Source of the DNA: Octopus sinensis
Lineage: Eukaryota
Assembly: GCF_006345805.1 (NCBI RefSeq)
Contig: NC_043017.1
Location: forward strand, 23,436,001 to 23,500,000
Length of the DNA stretch: 64,000 nt
Direction of reading: 5' to 3'
The notes under the pieces were generated by a model. It saw only the letters and a program-made list of their open reading frames with translations. It made no database searches and had not been told where the DNA came from. This document shows positions 12,422 through 26,314 of this stretch, piece after piece; position 1 is the stretch's first letter; every line of letters begins with the position of its first letter. A program made the translations under genes and the position numbers.

Positions 12422-14040
12422 CAATACAAAGCAGTTAGGTGGAGGTGGAAAGCACAAGCAGAAAGACATGCACACACACACACATATCCCACAACTATCC
12501 CCTTCCAAAAACCACCACCAACCACTACAGGCCCCTCCAGTGTCTCCCAACATCAATTGCTATCTCTAAATATCTCCCCTTACACTCTGAAGGTACATCT
12601 ATCTCCTCAGTGCTACTTATAACTCCATCCTCCCCCCATTCATAGTTCCCTATGGGTAGGCCCTTTCTCTGTCTCACACTCTGTCTCTATTTGTCTTTCT
12701 CTCTCTTCTACCCTCTCCTTCTGCTTCCTACTGATGTAGCCAAGTATCTTCTCTATAATAAGTTAGCTCTCTCTCTCTCTTTCTCTCTCAGCTTCCTTGT
12801 CCAACTGGGATAGCCAAGTATCTCCTCTGTAGAAAAACACCTATGCCTGTCCCTCTATCATATTCCAACCCCTTGCCTGGCCCATAACCACTCCTTTCAG
12901 TTCCACTCCCTCTCTCAGCTGAGATGACCTTGTCTTGTAAGCCACTTCGCAACCCCGTGGGTACTGGTGCCATGTAAAATGTACCCATGCTGGTACCACA
13001 TAAAGAGTACCTATGTCAGTGTCACGTACAAAGCACCCTTGCTGGCACCATGTACAAAGCAACTGTGCCAGCACCAAATAAAAAGCACCCATTCTAGTGC
13101 CACATAAAAAACACCCAAGCGAGCGTCACATAAGAAACACCCATACTGATACCACATAAAAAGCAACCATACTGGCATCATGTGAAAAGCCAATACCAAG
13201 CAGTTGGGTGGGGGTGGCAAGCACAAGCAGAAAGACATGCACACACACACACATCCCACAACCAACCCCTTCCAAAAACCACCACCAACCACTATAGGCC
13301 CCTGCAGTGTCTCCCAACATAAATTGCTATCTCTAAATATCTCCCCTCACTCTTAAGGTACATCTATCTCCTCAGTGCTACTTATAACTCCACCTCCCTA
13401 CTCATAGTTCCTTATGGGTAGGCCCTTTCTCTCTCTCACACTCTGTCTTTATTTGTCTTTCTCTCTCCTACCCTCTCCTTCCTACTGAGGTAGCCAAGTA
13501 TCGTCTCTATAATAAGTTAGCTCTCTCTCTCAGCTTCCTTGTCCAACTGGGGTAGCCAAGTATCTCCTCTGTAGAAAGACACCTATGCCTGTCCCTCTAT
13601 CATATGTGGTACCAGCATGGGTGCATTTTACGTGGCACCAGGACCCTCAGGGTTGCGAAGTGGCTTTCAAGACAAGGTCATCTCAGCTGAGACCCCTTGC
13701 CTAGCCCATAACCACTCCTTTCAGTTCCACTCCCTCTCTCAGCTGAGATGACCTTGTCTTGTAAGCCACTTCGTAACCCTGAGGGTCCTGGTGCCACGTA
13801 AAATGCACCCATGCCGGTACCACATAAAGAGTACCTATGCCAGTGCCACATAAAAAGCACTCATGTCAGTGTCACGTACAAAGCACCCTTGCTGGCACCA
13901 TGTACAAAGCAACTGTGCCAGCACCAAATAAAAAGCACCCATTCTAGTGCCACATAAAAAACACCCAAGCGAGCGTCACATAAGAAACACCCATACTGAT
14001 ACCACATAAAAAGCAAGCATACTGGCATCATGTGAAAAGC
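12422..14040. repeat. Tandem duplication of a ~770-bp unit (12422-13190; 13191-14040) with an inverted insert in copy 2
   Basis: Colinear similarity; both copies end TGTGAAAAGC. Confidence 0.9.
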
Positions 14041-14712
14041 ATCCAGTACACAGTTAAGAAGGGCATCAAGCCATGGAAACCCTGCCAAAACAGACAACTG
14101 GAGCCTGGTACAGTTTTCTGGCTTGCCAGCTCCTGTCAAACTGTCCAACCCATGCCAGCATGGAAAACAGATATTAAATGAAGATGGTATACGATGAGCT
14201 TCTGCATGTTTTCTGTCAACCAAATTCCTTTATAAGGCAATGGTTAAGCCTGAGAGTATAGTAGAAAACACTTGCCCTAGGAGTCACACAGTCTGAACCG
14301 AAAAACGTATGGTTGCCAAGCAAATTTCTTATCCACACAGCCATGACCAACCTATTTTATTTTCATGTGTGTATCTAGGAGCACATTATCCAATGTGCCC
14401 TCTCTTCAAAGACAATAAATTGTGACTTGAGGGAAATCTGGTTGCCGTTTATAGCAAATCACATACCTACATAGAGTTTCCTGCATTGAACAAAAATGTG
14501 GTCTGATAGTGAGGATGTTTACTTTGCAGACACCTTGGACATGCTTTTATATCATAGTGATGAGTCAACTGAAGTTTTGTGAGTAAAATTATTTAGATGG
14601 AAACAACAAGGAAGCTCTTTAGGATGTCCCAAACATTTTGTTGTTCATTTAAAAAATATTTACACAATTCTGCCAATTAAAATAAAAATAAGTTGAACAT
14701 TTCTACTATGAT

Positions 14713-15079
14713 TACTCTTTACTCTCTTTTACTTGTTTCAGTCATTTGACTGCGGCCATGCTGCAGCACCGCCTTTAATCGAGCAACTCGACCCCGGGAC
14801 TTATTCTTTTGTAAGCCCAGTACTTATTCTATCGGTCTCTTTTGCTGAACCGCTAAGTAACGGGGACATAAACACACCAGCATCGGTTGTCAAGCAATGC
14901 TAGGGGGACAAACACAGACACACAAACTCACACACGCATATATATACGATGGGCTTCTTTCAGTTTCCGTCTACCAAATCCACTCACAAGGCTTGCTTAC
15001 CAGCCACATGGTTCTGGGTTCATTACCACTGCGTGGCATCTTGGGCAAGTGTCTTCTGCTATAGCCCCGGGCCGACCAA
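14713..15079 (-). mobile_element. SINE family A with inverted 5' segment (14991-15079)
   Basis: Body on minus to CACAAGGCTT, then the head segment in opposite orientation. Confidence 0.85.
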
Positions 15080-15799
15080 CGCAAGTAGAGAAAACTCAGT
15101 AACCTAGGGTGAGTACATTTCCTCAGGTAACTAAAGAACAGGGAGGACGGAAGAGAGAGAGACACACAGAGACAGACAGAGAGAAAGTGAGGGAAAGGAT
15201 GAAGCCAGTAGAAAGGCTAGAATGAGTGGGTGAAAGGAGCAAGAGTATGATGGAAAAGGTGGGATTATTAGGGGCACAGTAGATAGGAGATGACTGACAG
15301 TAGCAGAGGTGAATGAAGGTAAGAGTAGGTGGTGACTGGCAACAGAAGTGATTGACAACAGTAAAGGTAAGGTAGGTATGTATGTGTGAGTGAATGTATA
15401 CATACATACATAAATACACACACACACACACACTTTACTCTTTTATTGGACAGTAGCCATACTGAAGTATACATTTCCCACCCCATTTTTTTTGCTTACT
15501 GTCTTAACAAAAAACCCTTTTGTCTTATAAATATCTTTTTAAACATCACTAGAAGCCACAAAAATGTCCCAACAAATCTTATTGTACAGGCATGACACAG
15601 AATAGTGTGTGTATTCTAAGGGCTTTGTTTGCAAAGAAAAAATGTGTTTATGTATGTCTAGGTGACATCACAACCATCTCTCTCTCTCTCTCTCTCTGTA
15701 CAGCATTCCTGCCAATAAAGAACACCAGATTTCCAATGAAAACAAGATTGTTTGGTATATCTCTTTCTGGCAGAGTTAAGAAGTAGTTCTTCTTGAGGC

Positions 15800-16240
15800 A
15801 CAAAAGAAGCAGGAGGGAACTAGCTAAATGGGGACAGAATGATCAGAGAAAAAGAGGAAAAGTGATGACAGCAGCAAATGGTAAGGGTAGAGGGTAGTGA
15901 GAGGTGTACAAAGGGGAAATAAAACAGGGAGAGAGAGTGTGTGTGTGTGTGTAAAAGGAAGATGGAGAAATAAAGAGAGAAGGGGAGAGAGAAACTGTAA
16001 ATGCAGGGAAAAGTGAGATTTATGAGAAAGGAGAAACAGAGAACATAAAACAGGGAGGCAAAGGAGAGATAAAAATCTTGAAAGAGCAAGAAAGAGAACT
16101 TGGGAGAGGAGAGTAAAAAAAGAGGAAGGAGAGAAGGGGAGAAAAGCGAGAGAGAGAGAGAGAGAGAAAGAGAGAGTGAGAGCAAGAGAGAGAGAGGGAG
16201 TGAATAATAGCTATTCAGAGACAGCAACAAAGAAGACAAT
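15800..16240. repeat. Purine-rich (GA) low-complexity tract
   Basis: Visible directly. Confidence 0.85.
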
Positions 16241-16705
16241 TAAATGCCTAATTGCTACAATGAGTGAAAGAAGTTCATTAATTTTACTATAGAGAGAAGT
16301 ATAGATGTTCGTTATTAGGACAGACATTTGTGACAAAAAACACAGGATTTGCCTGTTTGTTTGTTTTCTTTCTTTCTTATTACAAAAAGCAACCACAATT
16401 GTTCATTCGCTACTCAATCATCATAATTATCCTTATTATTACTATTATTATTAAAGTTGTGGAGCAGCAGATGCAGTTGTTGTTGTTTAACCCTAGGTCA
16501 GTTCTGACCGAGCAGATCACAGGACCACATAACACATCACATGTCCTTCTGCTCTTAAGATGGTAGGGTGATTAAATTGCCTGTTCTAACAGTTAGACTA
16601 ACTCCATACAAAAGAGTCCTCCAAATATTTTTGCTTATTGACACCTTCATGGAATATTTGATCCCTTAATGAAGGCTACATGAACACAAAAATAAAAATA
16701 AGTAA

Positions 16706-16877
16706 ATAGGTGCATGCATGGCTGTGTAGTTAAGAAGCTTGCTTTGCAACCTTCTGGTTTCAGGTTCAGTCCCACTGTGCAACACTTTGGGCAAGTGGCT
16801 TCTACTACAGCCCAGGGCCAAGTAATACCTTGTGAGCGAATTTGGAAGGTGGAAACTGTATGGAAGCCTATCATGTT

Positions 16878-16919
<42 letters not shown>

Positions 16920-17120
16920 GATTTGTGATTGCTCTCCACCAACCCATGACAACCAGTGCTGGTTTGTTTCTGCAGCTCCTCTACAACTAAGCAGTTCGGT
17001 AAAAGAGACTGATAAAATAAGCGCCAGATTTAAAGACAAGTACTGGGGTCGATTTGTTTGACTAAGCCCTTCAATGTGATGTCCCAGTAGGGCTGCAGTC
17101 CAATGACTGAAAGAAGTCAA
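16706..17120 (+). mobile_element. SINE family A, older diverged copy
   Basis: GGCTGTGTAGTTAAG...GGTTCAGTCCC...ATGACTGAAAG. Confidence 0.75.
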
Positions 17121-17556
17121 AGAAAAAAAAATTATATAAATACTACTACTACTAATAATAATAATAATAATCATACTGAGAGAAAAAATTCCGTAAATAG
17201 GTAATAATGGTTTCAAAGTCTGGCAGAAGGTCAGCAAGTTTAGGGGAGGGGGCCAGTCAATTACATCGACTCCCAGTGTTCAGCAGGTACTTATTTTATC
17301 AACCCCGAAAGGAAGAAAGACAAAGTCAACCTCAGTGAAATTTAATGTAAAACTGGATGAAATGATGCTAAGCATTTTGCCGAGCATGCAAACGATTCTG
17401 CCAGCTCATCACTTTGAGAACAGAAATTATGTTAAATAAATTAAAACAAAAAAAAGAAAACTAGTACAATTGTTTTTTCATTGAATTAGTTCATATTATC
17501 AATGGGAGGGACATGTTTGAGAAAAAGGCATTGTATTTGCAAGCATATCAAATGCT

Positions 17557-17616
17557 CTCTCACCTTAGATGAACCCCTAATTTGCACTCTCACCTTAGAT
17601 GAACCCCTACTTTGCA
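17557..17616. repeat. 30-bp tandem duplication (1 mismatch)
   Basis: CTCTCACCTTAGATGAACCCCTA(A/C)TTTGCA twice. Confidence 0.9.
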
Positions 17617-19800
17617 AGCACATTTTGTGAGAAAAAAAAATTTAGTATGTTTCATTATACACTTATTGAAAGATGTTTAAGGTGGTTTTGTGAGGGAAAA
17701 TGTACGAGTCTGTCTCTGTAAATACAATGGACAGTTTACTGAAATAAAGCATGAAAAACTAAATTTGTCATAAACAAATTACGTTATGGGAATATTGTAT
17801 TTCATCTTTATCTTGTTTCCGTTTAGCTGTATACGCGTTTATATTTTCGTCAAGAGAATTCCCACACCAGATGTAAAACTCATATTTCTGGTTGTGAAGT
17901 TTTGTGTTACCACAATCCACAACCAGGGTGGAGTTTTGATCTCATCCACTCATTGCAACTAATTGAAAGGTGGGTGAAAGTTTTGATATCGGTTTCACCT
18001 TTCAACGAGGATTTTTCATTTAAATAATTTTTTAAATGTTTCTTAAAGGTAACACAGTCATTGTAAGATATACCAGGTGTGGGTTATAAATGCTGAAGAA
18101 GGAGGTATAATGAGAAGAAGTGATCTCATTACATGATTGCTAGCAAACTATCAGCACTTTATTATAAGTTTGTAATAACAACTTGTGATAAATTTGGTTT
18201 GTCTTCAATATTTTATTATCATTAGAAACAATAACTGTGCCTAACTTATACTCATACAGCTCCCTAGTCTATGGCACTTGGCCTCCCGATCATAATACAG
18301 CCACATTAGATGCAGGACAATTTTTTGAAGTATTTAAAAATAATAAAAGCACATCTTATGCACTGGCAAGTACTGTATTTATTTTTCATTAAAGATTAGT
18401 GAGTTTTAATCATGAGTTACACTTAAAGATATTTTTGTACTCAATTACATTTTGAAATAATGTCTGACAAATAGAAAAAAATACTTTTTATATTTTTCTA
18501 ATTTCTCGCATAATAATGCTTCTATATTGTAATAAGAAACTCCCTAGGTGAATCATAAACGGTACAAGTTTTTACCTTTCGACGTTCACTTTTCATCAGC
18601 ATGTCAAAGTATTATTTGGTTTAAACCAGTTATGGGTAAACTGTGGTCCACAGGACTTTCTTTGTGGCACACCTAACAAACGATTACTTTGAATTTGTTT
18701 AGTTGTGCAACCAACCTGATGATGATCTATGTCACGTATGGCCTACTTCTTGAAAAAGGCTTGCCATGCCTGGTTTAAAATTTCATCATTTTTGTTTTTC
18801 TATACATATCATTGTAAGAGCATAAATTGAGAGGAATTTGCTTTACTTTTAACATTTAACTGATAAACATTTTTTAGGTAACATGCTCTGAGTTTCTTGA
18901 CTGTAAGATGGTGTGTATGCAATACACAATAAACAGTATGTCTCCCAGCAACCTTAGATGGAAACTATGTGGAAGCCCATAGCTGAACACACACACACAC
19001 GATGAGCTTCTTTCAGTTTCCATTCCATCTACCAAATCCGTTCACAAAGCTTTGCTTAGCCCGGGGCCATAGTAAGAAGACACTTGCCCAAGATGTCACA
19101 CTGTGGGACTGACCATGAAACCAAGATATTAGGAAGCAAAGTTCATAACCACACAGCCACACCTGCACCTATAGCCTAGTCAACCCAAAGTTATGGGAGA
19201 AAGTACTTGCTCAGCCATGAATTAAAACCACTTTATGCAATTTGCAAAAAATTTACTCCCGCCCTTTACCACTAAATTTACACGGACACACAATTGTTAG
19301 AAGTGAACCTACTGGCTGCAAATTCTGTAGTCAGTATCTGTCAAAGGGGCAATGTTATGTCTTTAGTAAAAACTCTTAAATCTTACAGTAGACCAGCAGT
19401 AATAGAGCTATAAATCTCTCTCACTTGGACAAATAAGGATTCAGATTGCTGAACAACTTATATCATGAATAGTAAGCATGGCTTGTGCAGAGACAGTCCC
19501 ACTCTCTTCAAACTTGTATTGGTCTGGTGCAACAAATACCATGAGCCCAGTAGTTATCAGGAAGGCCAGCTAAAGAGCTGAAGGGCCTCATCTGCCCTGG
19601 ATCTATTGGGATGATTGTAATTGACCTTCTTCCAGAGGAAATTCCATGACATGCTAATTAACCCATAGCTGGAATCCTAAAAAATGCTACTCCTCTGGGT
19701 CAGAATAGACCTAGGAATAATAGTGGCTAAGAGGGGATTCCATATTCCTCAAAAACCCTAGAACTCTCAAATCAGAGCCCTACAACCAGATGCAGTTTAA

Positions 19801-20019
19801 CCCTTTAGTATTCAAACCGGCCATATCCAGCCAAAATATTTAATCTGTTTTATGTTCAAACTGACCAGATCCAGGCTCTCACACCTACCCTACAATGTTA
19901 TTCTACATTAAGTAATTACACCATCAAGATCTTGAAGATATGAGATAATGCATGATTAATTCAAATCAATGGGAATCAATAAGCATTATGTTTGATAGAA
20001 TAATCTGAACACTAAAGGG
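19801..20019. mobile_element. piggyBac-type MITE P1 (opposite orientation)
   Basis: TTAA TSD; 219 bp; reverse complement of 7760-7978. Confidence 0.88.
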
Positions 20020-20759
20020 TTAAACTCATACCCAGGACACAAGTAATAAGAGTATTGGTTGTATAACGGTCAACAAATTTCTGAGTTCACAGTGTTGCAC
20101 TCAGATAAATCAATATGGAAACCACTCTGTTGGATATATTTTATTCTTATGATAATCCTTCATGTTTCATCTGACAAGAGTTGACATAAACTCATGTCAT
20201 TATTGCTTGTCAGAAACTTCTGTTTTAAATTTTTTGTTTGCCGATGAGCAAATGTAACACAAACAAATAAATGATTGTATCACATGGCATCAAAAACTGT
20301 TAATATTTTAGAGTTAGGGATATTATTCAGTTACTAGCAACAATAGGCTTTTTGTTTTCTATAGTACAAAAGGCTTGCCATTTGATACAAATGGATATAT
20401 TTAAATCAATACAAAATTATTCAGACAACAACTGGCTAAACAACCAACAATGTAAGTACAGTGTACCCAAAGTATAATATATCAACTAGAAATCAATCTG
20501 TCTTCACTTTTTTCTACTTAGCATAAAGAGGATGGCATTTGAAAGATTTGCATTTGAATTACAATACAGGGAATATTTCAGCAGGACAAATTCAATGGGA
20601 GCAGCAAAATCTGAAATCTTATTTTTTCCAGTCTATAATAAACCATATTGCATTTATGTTATTCAGTTAATATAACTGATATGAGATGATGTATATTTGT
20701 GAGGAAGATGATGATCTAGTGAATTAATTCTAGTGCATGATTAACACTTATTTTATTAA

Positions 20760-20983
20760 CCCTTTCATTAACAACCCAGCTGAAACCGGCTCTCGCTCTC
20801 TGAGTACAAAATTTCTTGTTTTCATAAGTATCAAATTAAAATCTTCCACCAAACCTTAGTCACAATTTATGTTCCTAACACTAGCTGAATGATAACTAAG
20901 TTATTTTACTAAATTCTTTGTTATATTTAAAATTAATTGAAAGAAACACAGAGCATCTCAAAATAAATACAGTAACGAAAGGG
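20760..20983. mobile_element. piggyBac-type MITE, family P2
   Basis: TTAA|CCCTTT...AAAGGG|TTAA; second copy at 29384-29601. Confidence 0.85.
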
Positions 20984-21714
20984 TTAAACCAGGGTATGAA
21001 GATGAAAAACAAAGATGACTCTGGCATGATTTGAACTCAAACTCTAAAGGTACAGAACTAAATACTTATTTCAAACATAGACATAAAATCTCACATTTGG
21101 AGACTGGAGCAGTCAGACATACTAACCCTGGTATTTGCATGGTAGTTGTTTTTATTAACTGCCGAATGATGAAAAGCATAGTCAATCTCAATAGGATTTG
21201 AATGCAGAATGTGAAAGAGGTAACATAAGGCATGTGTTTGATGCTCTTCCAATTCTACTAATCCATTCCCCATCAATGGAATCACATAATGTGAGTCATT
21301 TAGTCCTCACTACCATCTCATTATCATTTCTACTATCTGAACTGACAGGGTTCTTCCCTTTTTTTTAACTACAAGTGTAAAATAAACTCTGAGAGATTAC
21401 AACTTCAACCAGTGAAAAGAATGGATTGGAAACCAAAAATAAAAGGGGTTTTGTATTTAACTGACAAATTACATGCAGCCTGCATGAAATAACAATTAAA
21501 AAATAGAAAGCTCAAATGGTCATGAGGTTTAGAGCCATCAGACAGCTGTATAAAAACTGCTTTATGTTGAGAGAACAACTCTCCACACATTTGTTGAAAC
21601 TGAAACATAGAGAGGTGAGAATTACTTGGTTCAAGAGGAATATTAACTGCATCGATGCCAGTGGTCTTGAAAGGCCTGCAAAGGTCATGTGCACAGCCTC
21701 TTCCTCCAGATTAA

Positions 21715-21930
21715 CTCTTTAGCATTTAAACTGGCCATATCCGGCCAAAGGTATTCTGCCTGTTTTCTGTTCAAACTGGCCATATCTGGCCTCTCACACC
21801 AACCCTCCATTATAATTCTAAAAATTAACAGTTGCCTCATCAAAATCTCAAACCCACAGAATAATGCATAATTAATTCAAAATAATGTGAATAAATAGGT
21901 ATTGCATTTGACAGAATAATGTGAAAAGGG
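21715..21930. mobile_element. piggyBac-type MITE, diverged P1-like
   Basis: TTAA|CTCTTTAGC...AAAAGGG|TTAA. Confidence 0.75.
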
Positions 21931-23696
21931 TTAAAGCATTAAAGGAATTACTGGATTATTAAAGTCTAAGCAAAAGAAAGACAAGCATCTTGTAGTTCTT
22001 CATCTGTATTTCATGCCATTAAGTCTTTCTATTATTACAAGTTATTCTTGTTTTAGTTATTCAACATCAATTAGGAAAATATACTTCTGGACTGACAATC
22101 TCAATGCTGGATTCAACAGGGTTGCTTGACCCGCTAGCAATAACAACCAAATCTCTCTCATGTTAAACTTTACTATCTTTAAAAAAAGAAGATACATTGG
22201 ATAATGTAGCCCTTGATACATTACACCTGGATATAATATATCTCTTATGATAAAAGGCAGATTTTCTCTGCCTGTTCCCATGTTTCTTTTTAATACAATT
22301 CTACAATATATAATTTCTTCAATTGGAATTTACCTATGATTTTTCCAAGTAGATTCGATTGGGTCATGGCATGTAAAAAAGGATAATATCAGGATGGTTA
22401 TGGCTAAAGTATCTTTGATGATAATTTTACTAAAGCAGGGCTGACCAGACGCAAAAATGACAGATCTTTCTGTACAACCCAATAATATTGTTAAGTTTGA
22501 GTTGATTATAACAATAAAACATAATTCAGAGCTTGGAACAGCTGCTGGCATACACACAACATACATCATCTGTACGATACAGGTGAACTGCATATTAGAA
22601 TACTAGTCACATATATCAGACAAAGCATCTGCCACACACAAACACCGTGATTGCACCTTCACAAAACAATGTCAATTGATTGAATGACAAACATTATTCA
22701 TTAACACACCATAACAACCAGCACACAACATGCTACGTCCTCTGTCCCTTCAAGTGGCACCGCAATGGTTTCTAACTTATCCAACAAGCTGTGTACTATT
22801 CCCCTACCTCAATGCATCCCCTCACAGCTTCTCTGATTATACTTACTGTGTTTCAACTACAAAAGCCTCTGCCATACACACTTTTTAATATTCTGCATAT
22901 TCTATAGGGTGAGACATCAAAGGAAGCTTATGAATGGGATCAAATTTTATATAAATTAATCTAATTGAATGAGTTTCTGAGGACATCATGACAATAAAAA
23001 CGGACTGAGACAGACTTAGTAACCATGGTAACAAACTATCAAATATTCTTAATAATGTTAGTAGTGTGTGCAAGACTAGAAATATCAGGTCATGTTATTT
23101 AGCAAAAAAAAAAATCATTTTCTGGGTTTAATACTAAATTCTGAAGTTTACCAATAACATATGAGAAAAACCTGTCTTGTTTCTTTTTCATGAAGTAATT
23201 TATAACAAACTAGAGAGTCTGGTCAATGTTAAACACACTTCAGAACCTCTTGACCAGGAAGTCTTGCCAAAATGATTAACGAGTCTGGCTTTATGCAGAT
23301 GCCTTTCTCCAATTCACAACTGCTCCTTTTCATGGTGGGCAATATACCCTCCTTTTCAACATGGACTTTCTCCAAAAGATAGCTAGATGAAGATAGAATT
23401 ACAGTGGGTACGCTTCTCTTGTTAGCTCTGGGGCAAATGAAAAAATTTAGGATAATTTATAGTCAAAACCTTTTTTTACTCTCCTTAAGTATTTGATCAA
23501 TGTTCAAGATGTCACAAATATTATACAAGTGTTAAATTTTCTCAGGACTGAATTGATGCATAACCTTTGGCAAGCATCAATAGTTTAACAGCTGATGTCT
23601 ATAGGGAAATGAATTGTCAATGCAGCAAGCCCCTCAATTCTAGGTGCCTTGATGAATGTCAACTGAATGTAGGATCACTTCACTCACCACATCAAG

Positions 23697-24100
23697 ATCA
23701 TCATCATCATCATCATTTAGCGTCCGCTTTCCATGCTAGCATGGGTTGGACGGTTCAACTGGGATCTGGGAATCCAGAAGGCTGCACCAGGCCCAGTCTG
23801 ATCTGGCAATGTTTCTACGGCTGGATGCCCTTCCTAACGCCAACCACTCTGTGAGTGTCGTGGGTGCTTTTTACGTGCCACCGGCGCAGGTGCCAGACGG
23901 GGCTGGCAAACGGCCACAGTCGAATGGTTTCCTTTTTACGTGCCACCGGCACGGGGGCCAGGCGAGGCTGGCAATGGCCACGATCGGATGGTGCTTTTTA
24001 CGTGCCACCGGCAACGGCCATGTTCGGATGGTTCGCTTACGTGCCACCGGCACTGGTATCACAGCTGCAATTTCCATTGATGTTGATCGATTTCGATTCT
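23697..24100 (-). mobile_element. RTE-tail element (family R)
   Basis: Same consensus. Confidence 0.88.
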
Positions 24101-24104
24101 GATG

Positions 24105-24510
24105 AATACCCGCTCAACTCTGAAGTCAGTGAGACTGTCCTGGAACGATGGAAAGAGGCCTGCTTGGGTTAGAGGTAGATGTCTTCTAAAGAACATTAGT
24201 GATTTCTTTTGCTCTAGTATACATGCTAAATGCTGTGGAAGAAATGGAGGCTACTGTATCCATCCATAGCCTACAGGAATAAAATCCCGAAATATAATTT
24301 ACTGGTTAATTATGTTTTTCAGCCAGTGGCACTGAAACATTTTAAAGAGCTGGACTGGCCACAATGATTTGTCACCATTGATATTCCATCTCATTGAAGT
24401 ATCAGAGGATGTTGATAACAATGCTTAACTGCACCAGCATTTCAGCTCTTCGTTCATTCATAGCAATGCTGGGAGTATTCTGGTTTGCTTTAAAAATGTT
24501 TAGAGGGGAA
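24105..24510 (+). mobile_element. Highly decayed C-terminus of a CRE-like (restriction-like endonuclease) non-LTR retrotransposon
   Basis: KIPKYNLLVNYVFQPVA-(frameshift)-ETF followed by QHFSSSFIHSNAGSIL, compared with the recalled consensus K..KY..L...Y.F.P.A.ET.G and QR.S.AIQRGNA.S.L. Confidence 0.5.
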
Positions 24511-25661
24511 ATACCAGCATTCTCTCTGGTGTTATGTAATTGAGGAAGTGTGCATGTCTTTTTGACACGTTTTTACTGCTTTTAGACATTTAGCTTTGCA
24601 TATTATATTCTTAATGACTAACATATATATTCTGTAGCACATTCACCCAATATGCAGGATGTATGTTTAAGCAGCATTAGTTTGTGTATATACGTATAGA
24701 AGCTAATAGTAACCACATGAAATATCACACTTATTTGGTATCCAAAACTATAATATTTCTGAAATGTATTAGAAACTTTTAAGCTATCAATTTTATTGCT
24801 TCTAATGCACAGATGTGTGTTTGTGACAGTGTGTACATGTTCGTAACAGCATGTGTTTATAATAGAATGTGTGTGTGTGTTTGTAAAAGTATGTTTTTAA
24901 CAGTATGTATCTATATACTTCAATGCGTCTGTGTGTATTTGTGTGCATGAGAAGGGACATGTGTAAGCTTGTGTGTGTATGTACATGCGTGTAAGCAAGC
25001 AAATGTATGTGCAATTGTACACTTAAATTATACTTTTTATTAACGTAAATAATCGCTGATTGTTAGGATATATAAATTACATGATGTAAGCATTACAAAT
25101 GAAAAAGAGAATGCAATAGTCTCTGATGGGAATGAAATTATGTATATCACGATGAACATATAATAGGAGGTTGATAAATCCATGGAACCATCAGGGTCAG
25201 ACAAAATGCCTTGTGGTGTTTAGGTGTGTCTCTCAATATTCCAGTCATTTGACAGATCATTCATAACACAACACACACATAAAGCTAATAAATATGGTGA
25301 ACATTCTCTTCACAGCCAAGCAAGATGTCCACTGTGTTGGACACCCTGTTTGTGATGAGGTTTATTCCTTTTCAAGACAACCCACTTAAAACCACTTTCT
25401 TATATTTGTATCTTATTATTTAATCAAAGGAAATTGGGAAACCAACAGAATTATTAGCCTGCTGGACAAAACGCTCACAGGCATTTCACCCGTCTTTACA
25501 TCTTGTGTTCAAATGCCACTTAGTTTGACTTTGCCTTTCATCCTTTTGGGGGTCAATGAAAAAAATACCAGTCAACCACTGGGGTCTATGTAATCAACTA
25601 TTCACCTCCCCCCAAATTTCAGGCCTTGTGCCTATAGAAGAAAGGATTCTTTATTCAGAGG

Positions 25662-25900
25662 AAGGCGGCGAGCTGACAGAAACGTTAGCACACCGGGCGA
25701 AATGCGTAGCCGTATTTCGTCTGCCGTTACGTTCTGAGTTCAAATTCCGCCGAGGTCGACTTTGCTTTTCATCCTTTCAGGGTCGATAAATTAAGTACCA
25801 GTTACGCACTGGGGTCAATATAATCGACTTAATCCGTTTGTCTGACCTTGTTTGTCCTCTCTGTGTTTATCCCCTTGTGGGTAGTAAAGAAATAGGTATT
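25662..25900 (+). mobile_element. SINE family B (tRNA head AAGGCGGCGAGCTG..., central CCTTTCATCCTTTCGGGGTCGATAAATTAAGTACCAG, 3' end GAAATAGGTAT)
   Basis: B box GAGTTCAAATTCC; closely similar copies at 47272-47468, 47934-48162, 53752-53966 and 63543-63780. Confidence 0.85.
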
Positions 25901-26314
25901 TCTTCTGCCTTTACATTCTAAGCTCGAGTTCTGCTGAGGCCAACTGCCTTTCATCCTTTTGGAGTCAATAAAATAAGTACCAGCCAAGTACTGGAATCAA
26001 TATAATTGGCTTCTCCCCTCCCCTCAAAAAAGTGCTGACCCAGTGTAATTTGAAACTGTTATCTCTTCAGAGGGAAGAGAGAGAGTGTGTCCCTAATTGC
26101 TTCAGATCCTTTTTGATTAGTAAGATTGATGTGACCGATACAGAGCCTGAAGATCTGCAAGAAAAAATGTGTGTGGAAATGGAACTAAAAATTTCATGTG
26201 AAGAGAACTCTATGGTACATTCCAGAGACTGGTTTATTAAGTAGCTAATTTAATAAATTATCTTCATCATAATTTAATTTCCACTTTCCCTGGACAGTTT
26301 GACTGGAGGTGTGA

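Noticed and set aside
21405-21722. Overlapping 60-68 aa ORFs as a nested gene in CASD1 intron 2
   Set aside because: No recognisable homology and no consistent splice phases.
23210-23425. ~65-codon open minus-strand frame after a plausible phase-2 acceptor
   Set aside because: No recognisable similarity to CASD1 or other proteins, and it ends in a stop; unsupported without RNA data.
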